53,408 bases of DNA from positions 1 through 53,408 of IMG/VR virus record IMGVR_UViG_3300027631_000028. The stretch is one strand, 5' to 3'. The DNA is from a virus (lineage: Duplodnaviria > Caudoviricetes). Made by a program: the position numbers and the translations under genes. This document shows, piece by piece, positions 19,406-30,300 of the stretch. A model generated the notes under the pieces. The model was given only the letters and a program-made list of their open reading frames with translations. It was not told the DNA's origin and made no database searches. Numbering within the stretch: position 1 is the stretch's first letter; each line of letters opens with the position of its first letter.

Positions 19406-22400
19406 ATGGCAACAATTAAGATTAAAAATTCATCTACAGCTGGGGGAGTTCCACTGGCTGGTAATCTCCAGCCCGGAGAATTAGCCATTAATACAGCTGA
19501 TGGAAGAATATACTTTAAAGCATCTAATAGTCAAGTAAAATATTTTAAAAACTTAGCAGATACCAAGGTCGAAGACTTAGGTAATGTAACAATTACCAGT
19601 GTTGCTAACAATCAAGTACTAGCTTGGGACTCTGCAACAGAAAAATGGATTAATAAGACTCCAACTACTTCTACCACTGCACTTAGTGCTTTAACCGATG
19701 TAACAATTACTAGTGTTGCTGATAAGCAAGGATTAGTATATGATAACGTTTCCGGTAAATGGGTTAATAAAACTACTAGCGTTAATGATTTAGGTAATGT
19801 AACGATTACCAGTGTTGCAAATAACCAAACATTATCCTGGGATTCTTCTACTAGTAAATGGATTAATAAGACTCCTGTTACAGCCGTTACAGGGTTAAGT
19901 GATGTAACAATTACTAGTGTTGCTGATAAACAAGCATTAGTATATGATACTTCTTCTGCTAAGTGGATTAACAAAACTACTAGTGTTAATGATTTAGGTA
20001 ATGTAACAATTACGAGTGTTCTAAACAATCAAACATTGTCTTGGGATTCTTCTACTAGTAAATGGATTAATAAAACTCCTGTAACAGCTATTACAGCTTT
20101 AACTGATGTATCTGTTACTACTCCAACCAATAAACAATTATTAGTATATGACACTGCTACTTCAAAGTGGGTGAATAAAACTACAAATGTTAACGACTTA
20201 GGTAACGTTCAAGTAACTTCTCCTATTGGTGGACAAGGATTGTTCTGGGACGAAGGCACTCAAAAATGGACTAACCAAGCCCCTGGCGGAACAGCGTTTC
20301 AAGCAAATACTAAAACTTTTTTGGCTGATGGCACTACGGTTGCATTTACAATTAGCTCAGGTTTAACGACAGAAAGTATTTTAGTACACGTAGGCGGTAT
20401 TTTACAAGAAGCAAAAGTTGGTACTACTAATAATGATTATTATGTAAGTGGTAATAGCGTAGTATTTACAACTGCTCCTCCTGCAAGTCTAAAAATTATT
20501 ATCCGAGAAATGACCGGACACTTGGTTACTGCAGGTTTAGAAGGACCAGCAGGACCCGCAGTAAGTTTTGACGGAATAGGTTCAGCATTAGTACCAACAT
20601 TAGATCAAGTTTATGATTTAGGCTCTCCTACAAAACGTTGGAAAACTGGATACTTTTCTGGAAATACTATTGACTTAGGCGGAACACCTATTAGTGCTAT
20701 TGGCGGTCAACTAGTAGTTGCTGGTACAAGCATTGGTTATGGCGAAACAGGACCAACAGGACCAACAGGAGCAATAGGACCAGCAGGTCCAGGTTCAACT
20801 GTTCCAGGCGGTCAAGGCGTTCAAGGCGTTCAAGGCGAGACAGGCGGTCAAGGCGTTCAAGGCGAGACAGGACCCACAGGTCCTACAGGTGCCACAGGCG
20901 ACGTAGGTCAACCTGGTGCTCCTGGTATTGAAGGACAAATGGGTCCCACAGGCGATCAAGGTATTCAAGGACCTACAGGACCTACGGGACCACAAGGTAA
21001 CAAAGCAGGTTTAAAATATACTTTCAGCACAACAACAGCAATGGCTGATCCTGGATCAGGAATTGTACGATTTAACAATGCTGCTGTAGCCAGCGTTACT
21101 GCCATTGCAATCAGTGACATCACATATGATGCTGCTGATCTCAGTTCATACATGTTGACTTGGGATGACGGCACTCCTGTAGTCAAGGGATATTTAATTT
21201 TTAGAAGCAACAGCAACGCCAGTGCTACTCATGCAATCTTTGAACTGACAGCAGTCACAGACAACAGCAGTTGGTTACAGTTCACAGTGGCATATGTTTC
21301 AGGAATACTGCCCAGTAATCTAGATGAACTCACTGTTGATCTAACTCGCACAGGCAATATTGGACCTACGGGACCTACGGGACCTACGGGACCTACTGGA
21401 CCAACAGGTTCCACAGGAGCTGACTCTATAGTAGCAGGACCTACAGGCTCACAAGGTATACAAGGTATACAAGGTATACAAGGTATTCAAGGCGTTATGG
21501 GCCCAACAGGCTCTACAGGGCTTCAAGGACCAACAGGTTCCACAGGAGCTGACTCTGTAGTAGCAGGACCTACAGGTGCTCAAGGTCCAACAGGAGCTGA
21601 CTCCACAATAGTCGGCCCAACAGGTCCACAAGGTGCAGGTTCTGTAGGCCCAACAGGCCCAACAGGTGCTACAGGTCTTGGCTTTGCAATAGCTAAAACT
21701 TATTTAAGCGTTGCTGCATTAACAGCCGATACAGCTCCCACAGGAATTATAGCAGGACAATTTGCTTTAATCGACACTGGAAATGTAGAAAATGCTGAGA
21801 ACTCTAGATTATATCTCTGGAACGGCAGTACTTATACTTATACTAGCGATTTAAGCGGTGCTCAAGGTATTCAAGGTGCTACAGGACCAACAGGATCTCA
21901 AGGTGCTGCATCAACAGTAGCTGGTCCTACAGGTTCAACTGGTTTAACAGGTGATACAGGTCCAACAGGATCTCAAGGTATTCAAGGTGTTGCAGGCCCA
22001 ACAGGTATTCAAGGTGTTGCAGGCCCAACAGGTAGTCAAGGTAATGTAGGCGATACTGGTGCTCAAGGTCCAACAGGTTCTCAAGGTATTCAAGGTATTC
22101 AGGGTGTTCAAGGTGTTCAAGGCACTCAAGGTATTCAAGGCGTTACAGGTGCTCAAGGTATTACTAGTGGCACAGATTTTGTTTTTGATAATGTAGGATT
22201 TAACTATTCCGTTACTGGATTAGCAGATTCTACATATCCAACACTAACTGTAGTCAGAGGACAGTTATATTATTTTAATTTAACTAATATAACTAGTAGT
22301 CATCCTTTAGCACTAAGATTAGCTAGCGGAGATACTTCAGCAGTACCAGGAACTACTGGAAATAATCCCAGTAGTGGTGTTTATGGTAATGGAACAACTT

Positions 22401-24400
22401 CAACTATTGTAACATACAAAGTCCCATTAGACGCTCCTTCAGTAATATATTATCAATGTGTGATCCACTCTGGAATGATTGGTACAATTAATATTGTTGA
22501 TTTAGCAGGTGCTACAGGTGCTACAGGTCCAACAGGTGCTACAGGTCCAACAGGTGCTGTATCAACAGTAGCTGGACCTACAGGCCCACAAGGTACTAAC
22601 GGAACAATAGGTGTAAATGGAGAAACAGGTCCAACAGGTCCAACCGGTCAAAGTGGTATTGGATTACCTTTTACTGTTACTACACAAAGTTTTACTGGTA
22701 ATGGTACAACAACTAATTTTACAATTAATAGTGGATATACTACAGACAGTATATTAGTAACTATTAGCGGTGTAATGTTAAAACCAGTTAGTGATTATAC
22801 ACTAACTGGTACAACTTTAGCTTTTATAACAGCACCTGGCGCAAATCAAGATATCGTTGTCAGAGAATTATTAGGGGATGGTGCTACAGGACCCACAGGC
22901 TCTACAGGTCCCACAGGTCCCACAGGTCCCACAGGTGCTGCATCAACAGTAGCGGGACCAACAGGTGTACCAGGTATTGCTGGTCCCACAGGTTCAGCAG
23001 GAACTATTGGATTAGACGGTGCTACAGGTCCAACAGGTGCTCAAGGACCAGCAGGAGGTCCAACAGGTCCCACAGGTTCAGCAGGAACTAACGGAGTAAT
23101 AGGCTTAGATGGTGCTACAGGTCCAACAGGTCCACAAGGTGCTTTTGGAGGTCCAACAGGTCCAACAGGTGCAGCAGGTAACACAGGAATTGGTTTAGCA
23201 TTTGAAGTAGTAACAAAAACTTTTACTGGTAACAATACTACAACAGCGTTTACTATAGACGCTGGATATAACACAGACAGTGTATTAGTTATAGTTAACG
23301 GCGTAACTTTAACTCCTACTTCTGATTATACAGTTTCAGGAACTACACTGACCTTTGCGGTAGCACCAAAAACTGCTCAACAAATTTCTGTTAGGCAAAT
23401 GCGCGGGGATGGTCCAACAGGACCAACAGGAGTTCAAGGACCAACAGGTGCATTTGGTGGTCCAACAGGACCTGTTTCAACAGTAGCTGGTCCAACAGGT
23501 CCTACAGGTCCTATAGGTAACACTGGGATTGGTTTAGCATTTACTGTACAGACGCAAACTTTTACTGGAAATGGTACAACTACTACAGTTACAATTCCTG
23601 CTGACTACACGACTGCAAGTTTGTTAATTATTGCTAACGGTGCAGTATTAACCCCTACTGAAGATTATTCTGTAAGTGGAACTACATTAACATTTACTAC
23701 TGCTCCAGACGCTGGACAAGAAGTAATTATCAGAATGATGCGCGGTGACGGACCCACAGGACCTACTGGAGCATTTGGTGGACCAACAGGACCACAAGGT
23801 ATTACAGGACCTTCAGGCCCATCAGGTGCAGTAGGTTACCCATTTGTTATAACTACACTAAACTTTACGGGTAATGGTAGCACCACTAACTTTACAATAG
23901 ACAGTGGTTATACTACTGACAGCGTATTAGTTATTGCTAACGGTATTGTATTAAAACCTGTAGCAGATTACTCTGTAAGCGGTACAACTTTAGCTTTTGC
24001 AATTGCCCCAGGTTCTAATCAAGAAATTGTTGTAAGGGAAATGAAAGGTGACGGACCAACAGGACCTACAGGTACTAGCGGATCAGCAGGAAGTACAGGA
24101 CCAACAGGACCAACAGGACCTATGTCGGCCGTACAAGAATATATAGCAACCCAGGGTCAAACTGCATTTGGTGTATCCAATGGATATGTCCCAGGATCAG
24201 TCTTGGTGTATCTTAATGGTAGTCTACTACGTACTAGTGCTTACACTGCTACAGATGGCTACATTGTTACATTAACTAATGCTTGTATAGTAAGTGATGT
24301 TGTTAGAATAGTGTCTAGTGTTGGCTCTGCTGCACTAACAAATATACAAAACTATTCTAAATCAATAAGTATTGCAATGAGCGTAGCATTGAGCACATAA
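19406..24400 (+). CDS. Collagen-like mosaic fibre protein
   Basis: Mtd-N-like start, seven ~33-aa V..TS....Q.L..D...KW.N repeats, many GPT/GIQ collagen tracts, six ~70-aa beta modules, cupredoxin-like domain, IAMSVAL end. Confidence 0.85.
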   Translation: MATIKIKNSSTAGGVPLAGNLQPGELAINTADGRIYFKASNSQVKYFKNLADTKVEDLGNVTITSVANNQVLAWDSATEKWINKTPTTSTTALSALTDVTITSVADKQGLVYDNVSGKWVNKTTSVNDLGNVTITSVANNQTLSWDSSTSKWINKTPVTAVTGLSDVTITSVADKQALVYDTSSAKWINKTTSVNDLGNVTITSVLNNQTLSWDSSTSKWINKTPVTAITALTDVSVTTPTNKQLLVYDTATSKWVNKTTNVNDLGNVQVTSPIGGQGLFWDEGTQKWTNQAPGGTAFQANTKTFLADGTTVAFTISSGLTTESILVHVGGILQEAKVGTTNNDYYVSGNSVVFTTAPPASLKIIIREMTGHLVTAGLEGPAGPAVSFDGIGSALVPTLDQVYDLGSPTKRWKTGYFSGNTIDLGGTPISAIGGQLVVAGTSIGYGETGPTGPTGAIGPAGPGSTVPGGQGVQGVQGETGGQGVQGETGPTGPTGATGDVGQPGAPGIEGQMGPTGDQGIQGPTGPTGPQGNKAGLKYTFSTTTAMADPGSGIVRFNNAAVASVTAIAISDITYDAADLSSYMLTWDDGTPVVKGYLIFRSNSNASATHAIFELTAVTDNSSWLQFTVAYVSGILPSNLDELTVDLTRTGNIGPTGPTGPTGPTGPTGSTGADSIVAGPTGSQGIQGIQGIQGIQGVMGPTGSTGLQGPTGSTGADSVVAGPTGAQGPTGADSTIVGPTGPQGAGSVGPTGPTGATGLGFAIAKTYLSVAALTADTAPTGIIAGQFALIDTGNVENAENSRLYLWNGSTYTYTSDLSGAQGIQGATGPTGSQGAASTVAGPTGSTGLTGDTGPTGSQGIQGVAGPTGIQGVAGPTGSQGNVGDTGAQGPTGSQGIQGIQGVQGVQGTQGIQGVTGAQGITSGTDFVFDNVGFNYSVTGLADSTYPTLTVVRGQLYYFNLTNITSSHPLALRLASGDTSAVPGTTGNNPSSGVYGNGTTSTIVTYKVPLDAPSVIYYQCVIHSGMIGTINIVDLAGATGATGPTGATGPTGAVSTVAGPTGPQGTNGTIGVNGETGPTGPTGQSGIGLPFTVTTQSFTGNGTTTNFTINSGYTTDSILVTISGVMLKPVSDYTLTGTTLAFITAPGANQDIVVRELLGDGATGPTGSTGPTGPTGPTGAASTVAGPTGVPGIAGPTGSAGTIGLDGATGPTGAQGPAGGPTGPTGSAGTNGVIGLDGATGPTGPQGAFGGPTGPTGAAGNTGIGLAFEVVTKTFTGNNTTTAFTIDAGYNTDSVLVIVNGVTLTPTSDYTVSGTTLTFAVAPKTAQQISVRQMRGDGPTGPTGVQGPTGAFGGPTGPVSTVAGPTGPTGPIGNTGIGLAFTVQTQTFTGNGTTTTVTIPADYTTASLLIIANGAVLTPTEDYSVSGTTLTFTTAPDAGQEVIIRMMRGDGPTGPTGAFGGPTGPQGITGPSGPSGAVGYPFVITTLNFTGNGSTTNFTIDSGYTTDSVLVIANGIVLKPVADYSVSGTTLAFAIAPGSNQEIVVREMKGDGPTGPTGTSGSAGSTGPTGPTGPMSAVQEYIATQGQTAFGVSNGYVPGSVLVYLNGSLLRTSAYTATDGYIVTLTNACIVSDVVRIVSSVGSAALTNIQNYSKSISIAMSVALST
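19697..20085 (+). repeat. 204-bp-period direct duplication of a two-repeat unit
   Basis: GATGTAACAATTACTAGTGTTGCTGATAA at 19697 and 19901 with continued similarity downstream. Confidence 0.8.
21398..21576 (+). repeat. 50-bp direct repeat in collagen tract
   Basis: 21398-21447 vs 21527-21576, 49/50 identical. Confidence 0.85.
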
Positions 24401-24417
24401 GATTAGAGAGAATAAAT

Positions 24418-27324
24418 ATGGCAAAAACCCTAGTAAGACAATATGTATTTACTCCTGGAGCTGCAGGTACTGGCACCATTGTAGTTCCAGGTAGAATACA
24501 ATTAGAACAATTACTACTAGTTACAAATATAACAAAAAACGTTATCTTGTATAACTTTGCGGACACAAGCTTTGCTGGAACTACTTGTAGTTTTAGTACA
24601 GGCAACATATCTGCAATAAGTACTACATTAACACAGCGAGCTGACGGCTACACTACTATTACCTTAGGTGCTAGTAGTGTAGGCATGACTGGTGACAAAC
24701 TACAGGTCTTTTTTGAAGAAACACAAAACGGCGTAACAATTCGCCCATTTGCTTTTGGCACAGACGCTATTGAGCGTATGCGTGTTTCAACTCCACAGTC
24801 AATGATTGACGCTGACTTTGAGTACGGATTACAACCTACAAAATGGGCGGGCTATGGATTGATGCGAGGATATCCATCAATCTATGAGTTTACTGGTATT
24901 GACCTAACAGTTGGAACCATTACAACTGATTATACAACTACTAGTGCTACAAACAGTTTAATTACATTAACTACCACTGCAGTTCATGGTATTACTACTG
25001 GACAAGCTGTAAACGTTACAGGATTAAGCGCAGCAATAGCAGGATTTAGTCGCGCAACAGGTAATTTTATTGTTTATGACGTTCCTACTACAACAAGTAT
25101 TCGATATTTTGCTAATGGTTTAGTAGGTACTACGGCTAGCCAAAACTTACTAACAGACACTACATTGGTTAAACGTGCTGCACTATATACAGGTGCTTCA
25201 TTAAATACTAATACTGCAACAAGTAATGGTGCTAATCCTAGTGTTATTACTATTAACTTTAATTCAAATCACGGTTTAGTACCTGGTGTACCAATTTACG
25301 TATCGTTAACAGGAGGCACTAATCCTCTTAATGCTACAGGTCAATTTTTAGTTGAATCTGTACCTAGTTTAACTTCAATTACATTTACAGCCCGAAGCGG
25401 TGCAATAGTTACTCCTGGTGTTCCTACAGTATATGCAATGTCAAATAGTGCAGTATTGCACAGACCTTATGACGGTGGAGTCTTAATTGAATGTAAAACC
25501 CCTAGTTTTGGTGCTAGTACAGTTCGCGTATCAAAGAAATATTTTCGATATCAATCTGGTAAAGGTTTGTTGTGGTCAACGGGTACATTGTTTAAGCCTA
25601 GCTATGATATTCAACGTATTAGTTCAACAGGCACAGGAACCTATCAAACAGTTACTGTAAAAACTGATGAAATAGATCACGGGCTTCAAGTTGGAGCAGT
25701 TGTAACAATTACTGGTGTAACTACTGCTGGTTATAACGGTGTTTTTACAGTTGTTTCGGTTATAGACGATTTTACTTTTACTTACAATTCTGGTTCAAGT
25801 TCTATTGCTGCTTTAACAGGCGTAATGGAAATTAATTCTAAAGTTATATTAACAAGTTGGCACGGTGCTATTGTTCGAGCAGGAACTTTTGATGATCAAA
25901 ACGGTATGTTTTGGGAATACTCAGGTTCAATCTTAGCAGTTGTTAGACGCAATGCCACACAACAGTTAACTGGCACTATTGCTATTAATTCAAATTCAAA
26001 TACAGTTATTGGAACTAATACTCGATTTTCTCAACAAACTAAAATAGGCGATAAAATTGTTATTCGTGGTATGACGCACTATGTTACACAAGTATCCAGT
26101 GATACTTCAATGAGTGTAAATCCTGATTTCCGCGGTGTAAGTAATATTAGCGGAGTTAAAGCTAGTTTAGTTCAAGAAACACGTATTCCACAAAGCCAAT
26201 TTAATATTGATAAATTAGACGGAACAGGGCCTAGTGGTTTTGTTATTGATTTAGGCAAAATGCATATGATGGGTATTCAATATACTTGGTACGGTGCCGG
26301 GTTTATTGATTATATGGTACGTGGTAGTGACGGTAATTGGGTATTTGCTCATCGTATTAAAAATAATAACGTTAATACTGAAGCACATATGCGTACAGGT
26401 AACTTACCTGTTAGGTATAGTGTTGATAACGATGGCAGCCCTGCTTTATGTTTTTTAACTGCTGATCCTAATACTAACGGTACTACACTTAATGTAAATG
26501 ACAACACATACTTTCCAACCGCAGGCACCTTATATGTTGACAACGAACTTATAAGTTATACTGGTAAAAGTGGTATAACACAATTTACTGGATGTACTAG
26601 AGCAGCTACCTTATCGCAGTATGCTCAAGGATCTACTCGTTCTTTTACCGCAGGTACAGCATCAACACATTTATCTAGTACAGGAATAATACTTGTATCA
26701 AATACTGCTAGTCCTACACTAAGTCACTGGGGTAGTGCATTAATCTGTGATGGATTATTTGACAACGACCGTGGGTATATCTTTAACTATCAACGCGCAG
26801 GTATGGCAATTGGAACTACTACGACAACAGCGTTTTTGATTCGACTAGCACCAAGTGTTAGTAGTTCTGCTGTAGGTGATTTAGGTGCAAAAGATTTGTT
26901 AAACCGTTCACAACTATTGTTAAATGCCGTTGCCATTCAGATTTATGGTGCCGCAGCTAGTGCTACTCAGGGATCTGTTATTATTGAAGGTGTTTTAAAT
27001 CCTAAAAACTTTTCAAGTGCAACATGGCAACCGCTAAACTTTGAATCAGTGGGTGGACAGCCTAGTTTAGCACAAGTAGCGACAGCAGTTACTTATACCT
27101 CGGGTACATTTGCTGTTCCAGGAGAACAAGTATTTGCGTTTTCCGCAACTCCAAACTCTGACGCAAGACTTGAACTTACTGAACTAAAAGAACTTACAAA
27201 TAGTCCTTTTGGCGGAGTTGGTGCATATCCAAACGGGCCGGATATCTTGGCTATTAATGTAAAAACTGTTGTTGGCACTGCCGCAGCAACTGTGTTGTTA
27301 CGTTGGGGCGAGGCACAAGCCTAA
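24418..27324 (+). CDS. Virion structural protein (beta-rich, family seen in large aquatic phages)
   Basis: DAIERMRVSTPQSMIDADFEYGLQPTKW and YTWYGAG motifs; three HG(L/I)..G inserted beta modules. Confidence 0.65.
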   Translation: MAKTLVRQYVFTPGAAGTGTIVVPGRIQLEQLLLVTNITKNVILYNFADTSFAGTTCSFSTGNISAISTTLTQRADGYTTITLGASSVGMTGDKLQVFFEETQNGVTIRPFAFGTDAIERMRVSTPQSMIDADFEYGLQPTKWAGYGLMRGYPSIYEFTGIDLTVGTITTDYTTTSATNSLITLTTTAVHGITTGQAVNVTGLSAAIAGFSRATGNFIVYDVPTTTSIRYFANGLVGTTASQNLLTDTTLVKRAALYTGASLNTNTATSNGANPSVITINFNSNHGLVPGVPIYVSLTGGTNPLNATGQFLVESVPSLTSITFTARSGAIVTPGVPTVYAMSNSAVLHRPYDGGVLIECKTPSFGASTVRVSKKYFRYQSGKGLLWSTGTLFKPSYDIQRISSTGTGTYQTVTVKTDEIDHGLQVGAVVTITGVTTAGYNGVFTVVSVIDDFTFTYNSGSSSIAALTGVMEINSKVILTSWHGAIVRAGTFDDQNGMFWEYSGSILAVVRRNATQQLTGTIAINSNSNTVIGTNTRFSQQTKIGDKIVIRGMTHYVTQVSSDTSMSVNPDFRGVSNISGVKASLVQETRIPQSQFNIDKLDGTGPSGFVIDLGKMHMMGIQYTWYGAGFIDYMVRGSDGNWVFAHRIKNNNVNTEAHMRTGNLPVRYSVDNDGSPALCFLTADPNTNGTTLNVNDNTYFPTAGTLYVDNELISYTGKSGITQFTGCTRAATLSQYAQGSTRSFTAGTASTHLSSTGIILVSNTASPTLSHWGSALICDGLFDNDRGYIFNYQRAGMAIGTTTTTAFLIRLAPSVSSSAVGDLGAKDLLNRSQLLLNAVAIQIYGAAASATQGSVIIEGVLNPKNFSSATWQPLNFESVGGQPSLAQVATAVTYTSGTFAVPGEQVFAFSATPNSDARLELTELKELTNSPFGGVGAYPNGPDILAINVKTVVGTAAATVLLRWGEAQA

Positions 27325-27345
27325 TATATTTACTTAAGGAATACT

Positions 27346-30300
27346 ATGAGTATTGCAGCTTATTTAGCAAAATTATCTGAGGGCGTTAATAGCTCAGGTA
27401 TATTAGCAACTTCTAAAGGTGGTACTGGTACTACCTCTGGAGGAGCTTTTCCTACTATTACTAGTATTAGTTATGGTGGAGATAATAATGATACTGCTAC
27501 AGATACTAGTGGTGGTAGAACCGTCACTATTACTGGTGCAAATTTTGCTGCAAATGCTACAATACTCATAAATGGTGTTGCTGCACCAGTTGTATCAGTT
27601 GTTAGCGCAAGTACAATAACATTTACTACCCCTGCTATGGCAGCGGGTACGTATGTGTTGTATATGGTTAATGCTGATGGAAGCACTGCAATTGCGGTGC
27701 CCGGTATTTCATATAGCGGAGTACCTGCTTGGTCAACGGCCGCAGGTACTGTTGCTACTATTACAGAAACAACAGCAATTAGCGCATCACTGAGTGCTAC
27801 AAGTAATAGCGCAGTTACCCTTAGCGTACTAAGTGGAACACTACCCCCTGGAGCTGTTTTTAACTCCAACGGCACAATTTCCGGAACTAGTGCAATTACA
27901 GCTAGTCCCACAACTTATACATTTACAGTACGTGCAACTGACACAGAACTACAAGATACAGATCGTCAGTTTAGTATTGTAATTAATCCTGAAATAGTAA
28001 CTTTTTCAAATCCCACAAACGGTGGTACTGTACTTGCTTACTCAAATCTTTATAATACAATTAATTTAAGCGCTATAGGTAGCGCAGGCAATGCTATATC
28101 AAGCTATAGCGCAAACACTTTACCCGCAGGACTTACACTAAGCGGTAGTACAATTACAGGAACTGCTGCCAGTGTAGGCACAAGTTCAACTACATTAACA
28201 GCAACTACTGCTAACACTAATAAAAGTACTCAAATTACTTTTAACTGGAGCGTTACTGTTAGTGGCGACTTATACTGGAAAAATACTGCTTTATTGTTGT
28301 CAGGAACTTCAACTGCGGATAGCTCTCTTAGTGATTATTTAATATTAAATAATCAGCTTGTACGTATTGGAGATACGCGTACTAGCAATTTTAATCCTTA
28401 TCAAGCAGGGTATTATTCAAATCAGTTTAATGGTTCTGGTGATTATTTAACTATACCACATAACACACAATTAAATTTATCATCTGGTGATTTTACAATT
28501 GAAGCCTGGGTATATTGGTCAGGTGCAAACGCATCGGCTGAAATCGTTAATAAAGATGGTGTTAGTGGTAGTTCTTATCCCTCATATGCAATAGCTATTG
28601 CTTCTAATAAAATAACATTTGTTGTAGGTAGTGGTAACGGTACATCTTCTATACAAACTATTACCCCAGCTTCAACAACTTTTCCTATTAATACATGGAC
28701 TCATGTAGCGGGTGTTAGATCCGGTACAACATTAACTGTATATCAGAATGGTGTTAATGTTGCATCTGCAACACAAACTAGTACTGTTACTGATGGTGGT
28801 AAAGTAGTATGTATAGGATTTCAAACTGGTCAAGCAGCCTCCTCATATTGGGGAGGTAGTATATCAAATGTTCGCATAGTAAAAGGCACAGCTGTATACA
28901 CCGCCAACTTTACGCCTTCAACAACTCCATTAACAGCAATTAGTGGTACTACTTTATTAACTTGTCAATCAAATCAGTTTAGGGATGCTGGTCCTAATAA
29001 CTTTGCAATTACAACTGCAGGTACACCTTCAATTCAACAATTTAACCCATTTGGTGTGCCTGCAACCGCTACTACAAATAATCTGTATAGCGCTTATCTT
29101 ACTAGTGCAACTGATTCAAGATTAACAGTTCCAGCAGGTACTGCTTTTGCGTACGGTACAGGAGATTTTACAGTAGAATGTTGGTTTTTTGTACCTGATA
29201 TGACGGGATCTTCTATAAGAATTATATTTTCACAAACAGTAAGTGGAACAAATTATTTCGTTATGGGTCCTCAATCATCTGGTTCGGTACTCACCGGAAA
29301 AATAACTTTTACTGGAGTAGGAAGTGGCGGTGGTACTGAGATAGTTAGTGGCTCAAATTTATTTACGGCTGGTACTTGGAATCATGCCGCAGTTTGCCGT
29401 GTAAGTGGTACAGTAACTGTATACTTAAACGGTGTTGGTGGCACACCTACCGCAAACGCTACTGATTTTTCAAACACAAGTTATGTGCCTACAATTGGTG
29501 GATACACGCATGTTTCTACTGGTTATAATATTAATGGTTATTTATCAAATTTTCGTGTTGTTAAAGGCACGGCTGTTTACACCAGTAACTTTACTCCTGC
29601 AACCGCCAACTTAACAGCAATTGCGGGTACAAGTTTATTAACTTTCCAAGACGCAACGATTAAAGACAACTCAGCTAGCGCACTTACTATTACTAATGTT
29701 GGTACTGCCCGTTTAGTTGCACAAAGTCCATTTACCCAAACAACTAGTACAATAAGTTTAAATAGCGTTGGTAGCACTTACTTTGACGGTACTGGAGACG
29801 CAGCATATATTGCTGGAGACGGTAATGTTGTAAATTTTGGCAATGGCAATTACACTGTTGAAGCTTGGATTTATACTACTACTGGTTTTTGTATTATGGA
29901 CACATGTCCTGGTGGACTTGCAACTCCTACAAACAGAATACAGTTTAATATAAATGCTGATGCTTCTGTTAGTTATATAACATATCAAGGTAATGTAACA
30001 CTTATTATGTCTGCAACAGGACTTGCTCCTTTGCGACAATGGAATCACGTAGCTTTAGTTAAGTCTAATAGCCAAACCAGAATATACGTAAATGGTGTTC
30101 AGGGCGGTAGTACTTACGCAGATACTTTAACTATGCCTTCACAAGGAAATAGACCATTTATAATGGGTAATGGTTATGATGGCGGTCAAGGCGGCACAGG
30201 TTACATTAGTAATTATCGTATTACTAAAGGTACTGCAATTTATACTACACCTTTTGCACCGCCTACTGCGCCACTAACCGCAGTTAATAGCACTCAAGCA

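Noticed and set aside
17847-24120. CRISPR-like periodic repeats
   Set aside because: Repeats are in-frame protein-coding units without unique spacers
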